NCBI GenBank assembly: GCA_000435755.1
Contig: FR889109.1
Location: 88,731-152,730 of the forward strand
Direction of reading: 5' to 3'
Length of the DNA stretch: 64,000 bases
Source: Clostridium sp. CAG:508
Lineage (GTDB): Bacteria; Bacillota; Clostridia; TANB77; CAG-508
A model generated the notes under the pieces. It worked only from the letters and a program-made list of their open reading frames with translations, did no database searches and was not told where the DNA came from. Every line of letters begins with the position of its first letter. The first letter of the stretch is position 1. Shown piece by piece: positions 53,939 to 64,000 of the stretch. The position numbers and the translations under genes were made by a program.

Positions 53939-54409
53939 TTACTCTTTTAATTTACAAACATCAACCCATTTGACATATTCCGTAATATTCTCTAGCTCTG
54001 AAATTGTGAGTTCAATAGCATTATTAGGTTCACCACAAGCAGGAAAAACAGTTGTAAATCTTTTTAGAGACTCGTCTAAATAAATAGAAACGCCATCATT
54101 AACTCCAAAAGGACAAACTCCACCAACAGGATGACCAATTTTTTCTTCTACTTCATCAAAAGAAAGCATATGAGCCTTTTCTCCGAATTCATGGCGATAT
54201 TTTGCATTATCTATTTTTACATCTCCAGCAGTTATAACTAATATAGTATTTTCTCCAAGTCTAAAAGATAAAGACTTTGCAATTCTAGCCTCTTCACAAC
54301 CAAGAGCTTGAGCAGCTAAAGCTACTGTGGCACTAGAAGAATCAAAAGTTATTATTCTATCATCCATATTATATTTTTTTAAATAATTTTTTACTCTTTC
54401 TACTGACAT
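53939..54409 (-). CDS. YbaK/EbsC family aminoacyl-tRNA deacylase
   Basis: 156 aa with IAKSLSF, GHPVGGVCPFG and the YbaK fold pattern. Confidence 0.8.
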   Translation of the reverse strand: MSVERVKNYLKKYNMDDRIITFDSSSATVALAAQALGCEEARIAKSLSFRLGENTILVITAGDVKIDNAKYRHEFGEKAHMLSFDEVEEKIGHPVGGVCPFGVNDGVSIYLDESLKRFTTVFPACGEPNNAIELTISELENITEYVKWVDVCKLKE

Positions 54410-54460
54410 AAATATTCCCCCTATAAAACTTTGAAAAATTATATCATAAAAATAAAACTA

Positions 54461-54489
54461 TTGCTATTTTTTACAAAATAAAATATAAT
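54461..54489 (+). promoter_or_regulatory. sigma-A type promoter of the Ca-ATPase gene
   Basis: TTGCTA (54461-54466), 17 nt, TATAAT (54484-54489). Confidence 0.55.
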
Positions 54490-54543
54490 TTACAATGAAT
54501 TAAATAAAAGCTAAGTGGTAAAATATTGCAAAGGAGAAGAAAA

Positions 54544-57297
54544 ATGGAAGAACAGTGGTTTAATAAAAGCATTGAAGAAGTTAAAGAAGAGTTAAAAGTA
54601 GGGACTCAAGGATTATCTGATGAACAAGTAAAGGAAAAAAGAGAATTTTACGGGCTAAATGAATTACAGGCTAAAAAGAAAAAGAGTTTAATTGTTAAAT
54701 TTTTAGAACAATTTAAAGACTTTATGATTATTATTTTAATAATTGCAGCTGTAATTTCTGGAGCAGTAGGATATTATCAGGGTGAAGGAATAACAGATTC
54801 AATTATTATTTTAATAGTTGTAATTGTAAATGCAATTATTGGAGTGGCACAAGAAAGTAAGGCAGAAAAATCATTAGAGGCTTTACAAAAATTAAGCTCT
54901 CATGTTACTAAAGTAATTCGTAATGGAAAAGTAGCTGTAATACCATCAAAAGAATTAGTACCAGGAGATACTGTAATTCTAGATACTGGAGATTATGTTC
55001 CAGCAGATTTAAGAATTATAGAATCTGCTAATTTAAAAGCGCAAGAAGCATCTTTAACAGGTGAGTCAGTTCCAGTTGATAAAAATACCAATGTAATAAA
55101 TGATGAAAAAATAGGTTTAGGAGATAGAACTAATATGTTATTTTCCTCAAGCCTAATTACTTATGGTAGAGGCAGAGGTATTGTTGTTGCAACAGGTATG
55201 AATACTGAAGTTGGAAAAATAGCTGGAATGATAAATGAAGTTGAAGAAACAGAAACTCCATTACAACAAAAATTAAACAAACTAGGTAAAACACTTGGAA
55301 TTGTAGCAATAGTAATTTGTGTAATAATTTTTATAATAGGTTTATTATATGGTAAAGAACCAATAGAAATGTTTATGACTGCAGTAAGTTTAGCAGTTGC
55401 AGCTATACCAGAAGGCTTAGCTGCTGTATCTACAATTGTATTAGCAATTGGAGTACAAAGAATGGTAAAAAAACATGCAATTGTTAAAAAGCTTCCAGCA
55501 GTAGAAACATTAGGAAGTACAACAGTTATATGTTCGGATAAAACAGGAACATTAACACAAAATAAAATGACAGTTAAAAAAGTATTTTATAACAATAAGT
55601 TAGTAGACTTAGATGATATAGATATAGATAATTTAGGTGATGAACTAGAGAAATTAACATATATTAGTATGTTTTGTAATGATACAAAAGTATCAGATGG
55701 AAAACTTACTGGAGATCCAACTGAAACAGCTTTAATTGATATGGGATTTAAACTAGATTTTCAACCACCAATTCTAGAAAAATATGAAAGAGTAAAAGAA
55801 TTACCATTTGATTCTGACAGAAAGCTTATGACAACAGTACATCTATTTCCTAATAAATATATGGTATATACAAAAGGTGGAGTAGATGAACTACTAAGCA
55901 GATGTAATAGCTATGTTATAAATGGAAATGTAAATACTGACATTGATGAATATAAAAAAGAAATTGCAAAACAAAATGAAGAAATGGCTAAAAGTGCACT
56001 TAGAGTATTGGCAATGGCATATAAAGAATTAGACCATGAGCCGACAGATGAAGAAATGAAAACTATTGAAAGTGATTTGACTTATGTTGGTATGGTTGGA
56101 ATGATAGATCCACCAAGAGAAGAAGTAAAAGACGCAGTAGAAAAATGTAAAACAGCAGGTATTAAAACAGTAATGATTACAGGTGACCACAAAATTACAG
56201 CAATTGCAATTGCTAAAGCTTTAGGAATTTTAGAAAATGAGGATGAAGCGATTACAGGTAGTGAACTTGAAGAAATGTCAGATGAAGACTTGATAAAAAA
56301 TGTTAGAAAATATAGTGTGTATGCAAGAGTTTCACCTGAACATAAAGTAAGAATAGTGAAAGCTTGGCAAACAAATGGAGAAATTGTTGCTATGACTGGT
56401 GATGGAGTAAATGATGCTCCGGCATTAAAAACAGCAGATATAGGATGTGCAATGGGAATAGTTGGTACTGATGTATCAAAAGAAGCGGCAGATGTTATAT
56501 TAACAGATGATAACTTTGCTACAATAGTATCTTCAGTAGAAGAAGGAAGACGTATATATGATAATATATTAAAAGCAATTCAGTTTTTACTATCAAGCAA
56601 TGTTGGAGAAATAATCATATTATTTGTAGCAATTTTAATGACCCCACTTTTAAGCAAATGGTTTAACATAGATGTAAATTTAATTACCCCATTATTACCA
56701 ATTCATATATTGTGGATAAACTTGGTAACAGACTCATTACCAGCATTAGCACTAGCAGTTGACCCAGCAGAAAAAGACATTATGAATAGAAAGCCATTAA
56801 AACCAAGACAAGGTGTATTTACAAAAGGAATGACTTTTAGAGTAATATACCAAGGAATTATGATTGGTGTACTTACACTTGTTGCATTTATAATTGGTTT
56901 AGCAACACCAGAAAATGAGTTACCAGTTGTAAATATAACAGAAGCAAATGGAATTGTAAGAACATTATCTGCAGAAGAAGTCAAAGTGGAAATAGGGCAA
57001 GCAATGGCATTTACAGTTTTAGCACTTTCAGAATTAGTACATGTATTTAATATTAGAAACAACAAAAAATCTATATTCAAAACAGGAGTATTTAATAACA
57101 GCAAACTAATACTTGCAACAGCTGTATCTGCAGGACTAATGCTTATAGTATTATTTGTACCAGCATTAAGAAATATATTTAGTATACCAGTATTACCAGC
57201 AATGAACATTTTAGAGACAGTTATACTAGTGTTTATACCAATTGTTGTTGTAGAAATATTTAAATTACTTAAGATAAACACTACAAAGGAGGAATAA
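54544..57297 (+). CDS. calcium-translocating P-type ATPase (P2A, YloB-like)
   Basis: ORF 54526-57297. The ATG at 54544 follows AAGGAG. Motifs: TGES, CSDKTGTLTQN, TGDHKITA, GDGVNDAPALK. There are 10 TM segments. Confidence 0.93.
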   Translation: MEEQWFNKSIEEVKEELKVGTQGLSDEQVKEKREFYGLNELQAKKKKSLIVKFLEQFKDFMIIILIIAAVISGAVGYYQGEGITDSIIILIVVIVNAIIGVAQESKAEKSLEALQKLSSHVTKVIRNGKVAVIPSKELVPGDTVILDTGDYVPADLRIIESANLKAQEASLTGESVPVDKNTNVINDEKIGLGDRTNMLFSSSLITYGRGRGIVVATGMNTEVGKIAGMINEVEETETPLQQKLNKLGKTLGIVAIVICVIIFIIGLLYGKEPIEMFMTAVSLAVAAIPEGLAAVSTIVLAIGVQRMVKKHAIVKKLPAVETLGSTTVICSDKTGTLTQNKMTVKKVFYNNKLVDLDDIDIDNLGDELEKLTYISMFCNDTKVSDGKLTGDPTETALIDMGFKLDFQPPILEKYERVKELPFDSDRKLMTTVHLFPNKYMVYTKGGVDELLSRCNSYVINGNVNTDIDEYKKEIAKQNEEMAKSALRVLAMAYKELDHEPTDEEMKTIESDLTYVGMVGMIDPPREEVKDAVEKCKTAGIKTVMITGDHKITAIAIAKALGILENEDEAITGSELEEMSDEDLIKNVRKYSVYARVSPEHKVRIVKAWQTNGEIVAMTGDGVNDAPALKTADIGCAMGIVGTDVSKEAADVILTDDNFATIVSSVEEGRRIYDNILKAIQFLLSSNVGEIIILFVAILMTPLLSKWFNIDVNLITPLLPIHILWINLVTDSLPALALAVDPAEKDIMNRKPLKPRQGVFTKGMTFRVIYQGIMIGVLTLVAFIIGLATPENELPVVNITEANGIVRTLSAEEVKVEIGQAMAFTVLALSELVHVFNIRNNKKSIFKTGVFNNSKLILATAVSAGLMLIVLFVPALRNIFSIPVLPAMNILETVILVFIPIVVVEIFKLLKINTTKEE

Positions 57298-57300
57298 GTA

Positions 57301-57756
57301 ATGAAAAAAAGAACATCAATTATTATTGGAATAATTGCTTTAATATTAGACCAACTGACAAAAGTGTTATTTGTAAATAAAAATATGGAACTTATTCCAA
57401 ATGTTTTGAAAATATACTATTGGCAAAATGAAGGAACAATATTTGAAATTACAAATGGAATAAAAATATCAGTGATTGCCTTAGAAAGCATAATAATTAT
57501 AATTCCAATTGTTATATATTTAGTAAAAAGATATAGCAAAGCAAAAAATAATATAATATTATCTCTAATGCTAATATTAGCAGGAGCAATAGGAAATCTA
57601 ATTGATATTCTATTTAGAGGCTATGTAATAGATTTTATTAATATTGCAAATTCGATGAATTGTAATTTGTCAGATGTATTTTTAATTGGTGGAATTATTT
57701 TATTATTTATATTTGCAATAAAACAAGCCATAAACAAAAAGTTTGCTAAAAATTAA
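57301..57756 (+). CDS. lspA: lipoprotein signal peptidase II
   Basis: 151 aa with 4 TM segments. ILDQLTK, GAIGNLID and the NLSD (second Asp) region are present. It diverges somewhat from the usual WNxGxAFG and FNxAD motifs. Confidence 0.75.
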   Translation: MKKRTSIIIGIIALILDQLTKVLFVNKNMELIPNVLKIYYWQNEGTIFEITNGIKISVIALESIIIIIPIVIYLVKRYSKAKNNIILSLMLILAGAIGNLIDILFRGYVIDFINIANSMNCNLSDVFLIGGIILLFIFAIKQAINKKFAKN

Positions 57757-57776
57757 CAATAAAAATGGCAAAGCAG

Positions 57777-57805
57777 TTGACAAATGCAAAAAAAGTTAGT
57801 ATAAT
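57777..57805 (+). promoter_or_regulatory. sigma-A type promoter of rpmF
   Basis: TTGACA (57777-57782), 17 nt, TATAAT (57800-57805). Confidence 0.65.
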
Positions 57806-57881
57806 TTTATAGTATCAATTTTTAGGTAATAAATTAAAATATAGATTACAGAGAAAAAGCAATCAAGGGAGGGAATTAGAA

Positions 57882-58064
57882 ATGGCACAACCAAAAAGAA
57901 GATGGTCAAAAGCAAGAACACATTTAAAAAGATCTACATGGAAATTAGAAAATCAAAATTTAGTTGATTGTCCACATTGCCATGAAAAAGTATTACAACA
58001 TAGAGTATGTCCAAACTGCGGATACTATGATGGAAAAGAAGTAGTTGCAAAATCAGAAGAGTAA
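57882..58064 (+). CDS. rpmF: 50S ribosomal protein L32 (zinc-ribbon form)
   Basis: MAQPKRRWSKARTH N-terminus, with CPHC...CPNC. Confidence 0.95.
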   Translation: MAQPKRRWSKARTHLKRSTWKLENQNLVDCPHCHEKVLQHRVCPNCGYYDGKEVVAKSEE

Positions 58065-58071
58065 AATCAAT

Positions 58072-58101
58072 AATAGCATAGCTTTTAAGCTATGCTATTT
58101 T
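58072..58101 (+). terminator. intrinsic terminator after rpmF
   Basis: AATAGCATAGC pairs with GCTATGCTATT, followed by TT. Confidence 0.65.
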
Positions 58102-58201
58102 GCTGTCACAATTTTCATCAAAAATTTTACTAAATAGAATAGCATTATTTGACAGAGTATGATAAAATATATACGAAATTATAAAAAGGAAATTTAGTAA
58201 T

Positions 58202-58696
58202 ATGAATGCTAGAATTGATAAAAATAATTATTATTTAGATATAGCAAAATCAGTAGCAGAAAGAAGTACTTGCTTAAGAAAAAAAGTGGGATGTGTAATT
58301 GTAAATAATGATGAAATAATTTCTACTGGATATAATGGTGCACCAAGAGGAAGAAAAAATTGTATAGATTTAGGATACTGCGTAAAAAAGAAATGTTTCC
58401 CAGATATTAGACATGGTGGGTATGATGCTTGTAGAAGCGTACATGCAGAACAAAACGCTATAATTAGTGCAAGTAGAAAAGACATGATTGGAGGTACTTT
58501 ATATTTATCATTGTTTAAAGTAGAAAATGGTGAATATGATCCGGGAGCTAATTCATGTCAAATGTGTAGAAAAATGATTATAAATAGTGGAATTAAGAAA
58601 GTTATAGTAAGGACTAGTGAAACAGAATATATTGAAGTTGATGTGGATGAGTGGATTCAAAATGATGATTTATTAGAAGGAAAACTTACGTATTAA
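58202..58696 (+). CDS. dCMP deaminase (ComEB family)
   Basis: HAEQNAI zinc motif and SCQMC. Confidence 0.88.
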   Translation: MNARIDKNNYYLDIAKSVAERSTCLRKKVGCVIVNNDEIISTGYNGAPRGRKNCIDLGYCVKKKCFPDIRHGGYDACRSVHAEQNAIISASRKDMIGGTLYLSLFKVENGEYDPGANSCQMCRKMIINSGIKKVIVRTSETEYIEVDVDEWIQNDDLLEGKLTY

Positions 58697-58711
58697 GAAA
58701 GGAATGAAGAA

Positions 58712-60037
58712 ATGAGTAAACCAACAGTTGCAATTATAGGAAGACCAAATGTAGGAAAATCTACATTTTTTAACTATGTAGTTGGAAAGAGAATATCAAT
58801 AGTTGAAGATACACCAGGTGTTACAAGAGATAGAGTTTATGCTGATGCAAATTGGAGAGGTAGAAACTTTATTTTAGTTGATACAGGAGGTATTGAACCA
58901 GAGTCAGATGATGTTATTCTTTCTCAAATGCGCAGACAAGCAGATATGGCAATAGAAATTGCAGATGTAATTCTATTTATAACAGATATAAAACAAGGAG
59001 TTACAGCAGCAGACCATGATATTGCATTAATGCTTAAAAAATCAAAGAAGCCAATAATTTTGATATGTAATAAATCAGACACATTTGGTAAAACTCCTGA
59101 TGAATTATATGAATTCTATAACTTAGGAATAGGTGATCCATATGCAGTGTCTTCAGTTAACGCAAAAGGTATAGGAGACGTTCTGGACGCTGTATATGAT
59201 AATCTTCCACCTCAAACAGAGGATGAAGATGACAGTGATGTTATTAAAGTAGCGATTATTGGAAAACCAAATGTGGGTAAATCTTCATTAGTAAATAAAA
59301 TACTTGGAGAAAATAGAGTAATTGTAAGTGATATTGCAGGAACTACAAGAGACGCAATTGACTCTGAATTCCAAAATGAATTTGGAAAATATGTATTTAT
59401 TGATACAGCTGGAATTCGTAGAAAAAGTAAAGTTAATGATAACCTAGAAAAATATAGCGTTATGAGAAGTTTATTAGCAGTAGAAAGAGCTGATGTATGT
59501 ATTTTAATGTTAGATGCAAATGAAGGAGTAACAGCTCAAGATGCTAAAATTGCAGGAGAGGCACATGAAGCTGGTAAAGGTGTAATAATTGTTGTAAACA
59601 AATGGGATGAAATAGAAAAAGATAACCAAACTATGGAAAACTATAAAAAAGATGTATACAACAAATTGTCATATTTATCATATGCACCAATAATGTTTAT
59701 ATCAGCTAAAACAGGACAAAGAGTAAATAAACTATATGAAATGATAAATATGGTTGCAAGTCAAAATGCATTAAGAGTATCTACTTCAGTTTTAAATGAT
59801 GTATTAAGTGAAGCAGTAACAATTGTGCAACCACCAACAGATAAAGGTAGAAGATTAAAAATATTCTATATGACACAAGCTACTACAAAACCACCAACAT
59901 TTGTGGTATTTGTAAATGATAAAGAATTATTCCATTTCTCTTACGAAAGATATTTGGTAAACCAAATAAGAAAAGAATTTGGATTAACAGGAACACCAAT
60001 TAGAATGATAGTAAGAGAAAAAGGCGAAAAAGAGTAA
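58712..60037 (+). CDS. der: ribosome biogenesis GTPase Der (EngA)
   Basis: Two tandem G domains (GRPNVGKST, GKPNVGKSS) and a KH-like C-terminus. Confidence 0.96.
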   Translation: MSKPTVAIIGRPNVGKSTFFNYVVGKRISIVEDTPGVTRDRVYADANWRGRNFILVDTGGIEPESDDVILSQMRRQADMAIEIADVILFITDIKQGVTAADHDIALMLKKSKKPIILICNKSDTFGKTPDELYEFYNLGIGDPYAVSSVNAKGIGDVLDAVYDNLPPQTEDEDDSDVIKVAIIGKPNVGKSSLVNKILGENRVIVSDIAGTTRDAIDSEFQNEFGKYVFIDTAGIRRKSKVNDNLEKYSVMRSLLAVERADVCILMLDANEGVTAQDAKIAGEAHEAGKGVIIVVNKWDEIEKDNQTMENYKKDVYNKLSYLSYAPIMFISAKTGQRVNKLYEMINMVASQNALRVSTSVLNDVLSEAVTIVQPPTDKGRRLKIFYMTQATTKPPTFVVFVNDKELFHFSYERYLVNQIRKEFGLTGTPIRMIVREKGEKE

Positions 60038-60055
60038 CAAAGGAGAGTGATTTAG

Positions 60056-60694
60056 ATGGCAACATATATAATAATTGCAGTAATTGCATATTTAATAGGA
60101 AGTATAAACTTTTCAATTATACTTAGCAAAAGAATGGCAGGTTTTGATATTAGAGAAAAGGGAAGCGGAAATGCAGGAACTACTAACATGTTAAGGTCTG
60201 TAGGAAAAAAAGCAGCAGTAATCACATTAATTTGTGATATTTTAAAAGGAGTAGTATCTATTTTAATAGCAGTTCTAGTTGGAAAAATTATTAAGAATTT
60301 AGACAATGCTTTATTAGTACAATTAGCTGGAATATTTGTAATAATAGGACATACATTCCCTGTATTCTTTAAATTCAAAGGTGGAAAAGGTATTGCTACA
60401 GCATTAGGAGTTTTATTAATGATAAATTGGCAAATAGGACTAATTTGTTTGATATTTGCATTAGTTTTAATGGCATTAACGAAAATGGTATCAGTTGGTT
60501 CTATTGCAGCAGCTATATTATTTCCAATATTGGTTGCATTTATAGACCAAAATTATATTGTTCCAACTAGCAATAGCAACTGGAGTTATTTAGTATTTAG
60601 TATCATTGTATCTTTATTAGTTATATTTAATCATAGAGCAAATGTGCAGAGAATTCTTAATGGAACAGAAAATAGATTAAGCTTTAAAAAATAG
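60056..60694 (+). CDS. plsY: acyl-phosphate glycerol-3-phosphate acyltransferase
   Basis: GSGNAGTTN and GGKGIAT motifs with 5-6 TM segments. Confidence 0.93.
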   Translation: MATYIIIAVIAYLIGSINFSIILSKRMAGFDIREKGSGNAGTTNMLRSVGKKAAVITLICDILKGVVSILIAVLVGKIIKNLDNALLVQLAGIFVIIGHTFPVFFKFKGGKGIATALGVLLMINWQIGLICLIFALVLMALTKMVSVGSIAAAILFPILVAFIDQNYIVPTSNSNWSYLVFSIIVSLLVIFNHRANVQRILNGTENRLSFKK

Positions 60695-60707
60695 AAAGGA
60701 AAGACAA

Positions 60708-61691
60708 ATGAAAAACATCTGTATAATAGGAAGTGGAAGCTGGGGCTGTGCCTTAGCAATACATGCAGCTAAAATGGGACATAATGTTAAAATATGGTCA
60801 TTTGCTCAGGAAGAAGCTAATTTGATAAATAAAGAAAGAAAATGTATGTTTTTGCCAATGGCAACGATGCCAGAAAATATATATTGCACAACAGACATAA
60901 AAGAAGCGGTAGAAGGTTCAAATTTAATATTACATGTCACACCATCAAAGTTTTTTAGAAGTACATTAAATCAATATAAACAATATATTACAAATCAACC
61001 GGTAGTTATATGCTCAAAAGGTTTTGAACTTGAAAGTTTATCAACTTTAAGTGATGTAGCAAAGCAAGAATTAAAAAATGTAAAAATAGGAGCTTTTTCT
61101 GGGCCAAGTCATGCTGAAGAAGTTTCATTAGGAATACCAACAGCAATTGTTGCAGCATCTAAAGACTATAATGTGCAATATTTAGTTCAAGATACATTTA
61201 TGAATGAAAGTATGAGAGTATATACAAGTAATGATATACAAGGTGTTGAGTTAGGCGGAGCATTAAAAAATATTATAGCTTTTTGTGCAGGTATTGTAGC
61301 AGAATTAAACTTAGGAGATAACACATTCGCAGCTTTAATATCAAGAGGGCTAACAGAACTTTCAAGATTAGGTGTTGCGATGGGTGGAGAGCACAATACG
61401 TTTTATGGTTTATCTGGTTTAGGAGATTTAATTGTAACATGTATGAGCGAACACAGCAGAAATAGAAAAGCTGGAAGATGTATAGGAAGAGGACTTTCAT
61501 TAGAAGAAACTAGAAAAGAAGTTGGAATGACAATTGAAAGTGTTGACAACATTGAGGCAGCATATAAATTAGCACAAAAATATAATATCGAAATGCCAAT
61601 AGTAAATGCAGTTTATGATATTCTATATAATGGATTAGAACCAAGAGAAGCTGTAACAAAGTTAATGACACGTGAAAAAAAGGCAGAGTAA
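60708..61691 (+). CDS. gpsA: NAD(P)H-dependent glycerol-3-phosphate dehydrogenase
   Basis: [10 protein letters not shown] Rossmann fold, GALKNIIA, and [10 protein letters not shown]. Confidence 0.95.
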   Translation: MKNICIIGSGSWGCALAIHAAKMGHNVKIWSFAQEEANLINKERKCMFLPMATMPENIYCTTDIKEAVEGSNLILHVTPSKFFRSTLNQYKQYITNQPVVICSKGFELESLSTLSDVAKQELKNVKIGAFSGPSHAEEVSLGIPTAIVAASKDYNVQYLVQDTFMNESMRVYTSNDIQGVELGGALKNIIAFCAGIVAELNLGDNTFAALISRGLTELSRLGVAMGGEHNTFYGLSGLGDLIVTCMSEHSRNRKAGRCIGRGLSLEETRKEVGMTIESVDNIEAAYKLAQKYNIEMPIVNAVYDILYNGLEPREAVTKLMTREKKAE

Positions 61692-61701
61692 GGAGAAGAA
61701 T

Positions 61702-62145
61702 ATGAGATTATTAGTACAAAGAGTAAAAAATTCTAATGTAGTCGTTGAAGGTAAAACAATTGGAGAAATAGGACAAGGCTTTATGGTATTGCTTGGAGTA
61801 GCACCAACAGATACCAAAGAAACTGCAGATTTTCTAGTACAAAAACTAATTAATTTAAGAGTTTTTGAAGATGAAAATGAAAAAATGAACTTGTCTATAA
61901 AAGATATAGATGGTGAACTATTGATAGTATCACAATTTACACTTTATGCAGATACAAGCCATGGAAATAGACCAAGCTTTATAAATGCTGCAAAACCAGA
62001 TTTAGCAAATGAACTTTATGAATATTTTGTAGAGCAATGCAAAAAACAAAATATTAAAAAAGTTGCAACAGGTAAATTTGCAGCAGATATGCAAGTTTCA
62101 TTGCAAAATGATGGACCAGTGACAATAATGTTAGAAAAAGAATAA
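61702..62145 (+). CDS. dtd: D-aminoacyl-tRNA deacylase
   Basis: ORF 61672-62145. The ATG at 61702 follows [19 protein letters not shown] and NDGPVT motifs are present. Confidence 0.94.
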   Translation: MRLLVQRVKNSNVVVEGKTIGEIGQGFMVLLGVAPTDTKETADFLVQKLINLRVFEDENEKMNLSIKDIDGELLIVSQFTLYADTSHGNRPSFINAAKPDLANELYEYFVEQCKKQNIKKVATGKFAADMQVSLQNDGPVTIMLEKE

Positions 62146-62150
62146 AAAAC

Positions 62151-62187
62151 AAGAATTTCTATGTAGAATAACCTACTAGAAATTCTT
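62151..62187. terminator. bidirectional terminator between dtd and asd (AGAATTTCTA/TAGAAATTCT family)
   Basis: AAGAATTTCTA (62151-62161) pairs with TAGAAATTCTT (62177-62187), flanked by A- and T-runs. Confidence 0.7.
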
Positions 62188-62193
62188 TTCTTT

Positions 62194-63210
62194 TTAGTCT
62201 ATTAGTAATCTTTCTAAAATTTGGACAGCATTACTAGCAGCACCTTTCCTTAAATTATCAGCAACTACCCATAAATTAACACCAGATGACACACTGAAAT
62301 CTCTTCTAATTCTACCTATAAATACATTATCTTGATTATTAGAATCTAAAGTAGTAGGATAGTCATCTCTTAAAATAATACCAGAAGATTGCTTTAATAT
62401 TTGCTTTAATTCCTTAAGTCTAAAATCTCTTTCGAATTCCACATTTATAACCTCACTATGGCTATTTAAAACCGGAACTCTAACTGTAGTTGCAGTTATT
62501 CTTAAATTAGGCCTTCCTAAAATTTTTCTGGTTTCATTTATCATTTTTTCTTCTTCTTTTGTATAACCGTTATCTAAGAACACATCAATATGAGGAATAC
62601 AATTACTAAAAATAGGAACCTTGAATTTTTGTAATTCATAATCATGAGTTTGATTTTCTAAAACAGATAACTCACTATTGTAGCTCTGAATTCCTGATTT
62701 TAAATCCTCCACACCTTTAAATCCTGCACCTGAAACAGCTTGATATGTACTATACACAATTCTTTTTATACCATAGTTGTCATCCAAAGGCTTTAATGCA
62801 ACAACAGCTTGTATTGTGGAACAATTAGGGTTTGCAATAATTCCGTTATTATTTCTAGCATCTTCAAAATTAACTTCAGGCACTACTAAAGGTACATCTT
62901 TATCCATTCTAAAACAACTGCTATTATCAATAACTGTACAACCTTTAGAAACTGCTATTGGAGCAAATTCTTTCGATACACTTCCACCAGCAGAAAAAAT
63001 TGCAAAATCAAAACCGGAATCAAAAGAATTTTGAGTTAACTCTTGCACTTTGTAATCTTTACCTAAAAAATTAATTTCTTTTCCAGCAGATCTACTAGAA
63101 GCAAAAAAAGTATATTCACTAATAGGTAGTTTTTTTTCTTCTAAAACTTTAATAATTGTTTGCCCTACAAGACCAGTAGCACCAATAACTGCTAACTTTA
63201 TATTACTCAT
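62194..63210 (-). CDS. asd: aspartate-semialdehyde dehydrogenase
   Basis: VIGATGLVGQ, the catalytic NPNCSTI motif, and the C-terminal GAASNAVQI. Confidence 0.95.
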   Translation of the reverse strand: MSNIKLAVIGATGLVGQTIIKVLEEKKLPISEYTFFASSRSAGKEINFLGKDYKVQELTQNSFDSGFDFAIFSAGGSVSKEFAPIAVSKGCTVIDNSSCFRMDKDVPLVVPEVNFEDARNNNGIIANPNCSTIQAVVALKPLDDNYGIKRIVYSTYQAVSGAGFKGVEDLKSGIQSYNSELSVLENQTHDYELQKFKVPIFSNCIPHIDVFLDNGYTKEEEKMINETRKILGRPNLRITATTVRVPVLNSHSEVINVEFERDFRLKELKQILKQSSGIILRDDYPTTLDSNNQDNVFIGRIRRDFSVSSGVNLWVVADNLRKGAASNAVQILERLLID

Positions 63211-63264
63211 AAAATCACACCTTTCTAGTAGATTTTATGAATAAAAAATAAAAAAGTGCTTAAT

Positions 63265-63540
63265 TTAATAAGGATATCTTTCAAATAAATATCTAATAAT
63301 GTCATCTGCATTATGCTCAGTCACATTTATAAAAACATCCTTATCCAAACTAATCCACATATTTATATCATAATCGTTTTCAAGCAAAGCACTAATAATA
63401 TCAGCAATTTCAATAGGATTTTTATAATTTTTTTGCCACAATAAATCATCATCAATAGAACTAATGTCTTTGGAAAAATGTTGCAAAAATTTAAAAATTT
63501 CGCCACTTTTAGTACTATACAATTTAACAATTGCATTCAT
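63265..63540 (-). CDS. hypothetical cytoplasmic protein
   Basis: ORF 63265-63606. The ATG at 63540 follows AAGGAG. I do not recognise a family. Confidence 0.5.
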   Translation of the reverse strand: MNAIVKLYSTKSGEIFKFLQHFSKDISSIDDDLLWQKNYKNPIEIADIISALLENDYDINMWISLDKDVFINVTEHNADDIIRYLFERYPY

Positions 63541-63642
63541 AAAAAAATCTCCTTCATAATTAGTATTAAAAAAATAAAAATAATTATACTTAAGAATAAA
63601 AGGCAATTTTTTGCAAATAATATGCTTAGAAAGGTGGAAATT

Positions 63643-64000
63643 ATGAAAAAAGCGATAATAATTATGATAATTGCAGTAATTATAATAATTATAATTTTAT
63701 CTTCTTTAGTTGCTTATGCAAAAGGAGATAGTAATGACAATAAAATGGAAGATAAAGTTACACAAGAATTGATGTATTTAAATCAATATTTTGTAACAAT
63801 GCTTGGAGATTTTAATGGTCTTACTATTGGAGATAATAGACTTCAAGAAACAGAGCCTAAAATACAAACTAATATAAACACAAACTTGAGTGATCAAGCA
63901 GACAAAAACAAAACACAGGGAAATGATAATTTGCAGCAAAATAGTAAAGTAGAAAATAAAACAGATACAGTTCAAAATGGAATATTAAAAAATAATGGTA
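63643..64000 (+). CDS. membrane-anchored hypothetical protein (partial, runs off window end)
   Basis: ATG at 63643 after AAGGTGGA. There is an N-terminal TM segment (AIIIMIIAVIIIIIILSSLVAYA), and the frame stays open to the window edge. Confidence 0.5.
   Translation, partial: MKKAIIIMIIAVIIIIIILSSLVAYAKGDSNDNKMEDKVTQELMYLNQYFVTMLGDFNGLTIGDNRLQETEPKIQTNINTNLSDQADKNKTQGNDNLQQNSKVENKTDTVQNGILKNNG

Overview
This is a visibly AT-rich chromosomal segment with strong Shine-Dalgarno sites and many near-consensus sigma-A promoters. Gene content points to a low-GC Gram-positive, Clostridia-like bacterium: split transketolase, DapL-type lysine pathway, LCP ligase, PrsW, MBOAT/DHHW and DUF368. I can support about 60 protein genes, 4 tRNAs (a Val-Asp-Phe operon plus a lone Gly), and many promoters and terminators. 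I see no rRNA, CRISPR array, IS element or prophage.

Gene order:
- 1-5.5 kb: aldose epimerase, pyrP-upp, split tkt.
- 5.7-11 kb: ftsEX, two M23 peptidases and an S41 Ctp protease.
- 11-24 kb: tRNAs, a secreted beta-propeller protein, dapF, frameshifted dapL, rpsO, pnp, a synthase-type GT2, SanA, a GT-C glycosyltransferase, a P-loop/Asp23 fusion, cmk.
- 24.5-40.8 kb: a 14-gene Wzx/Wzy-dependent cell-wall glycopolymer locus ending in an LCP ligase.
- 41-48 kb: hicAB with a frameshifted toxin, plsC, typA, and a trmR/U32 pair.
- 47.4-53.5 kb, minus strand: an envelope block of DUF368, DHHW, MBOAT, DUF4358, a zinc-ribbon-PrsW protease and a zinc-ribbon membrane protein.
- 54-64 kb: Ca-ATPase, lspA, rpmF, der, plsY, gpsA, dtd, asd.

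The best candidate for an uncharacterised system is the minus-strand block at 48.4-53.5 kb. It pairs a PrsW-family protease fused to two zinc ribbons with a paralogous zinc-ribbon single-pass membrane protein, a possible protease/substrate signalling pair with no sigma factor nearby. Directly downstream is a DUF4358-MBOAT-DHHW glycan O-acylation module. This reading is inference from domain architecture, not a demonstrated system.

Other points worth checking:
- Two single-C frameshifts (dapL and hicA) lie in the same CCR-C-GGAA context.
- The glycopolymer locus is predicted to combine an amino-trideoxyhexose with a diacetamido-uronic acid, so the polymer could be zwitterionic.
- An orphan promoter-terminator unit may encode a small RNA.
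- There are two dispersed families of hairpin repeats.

All family assignments come from motif recognition by eye. No database search was run.
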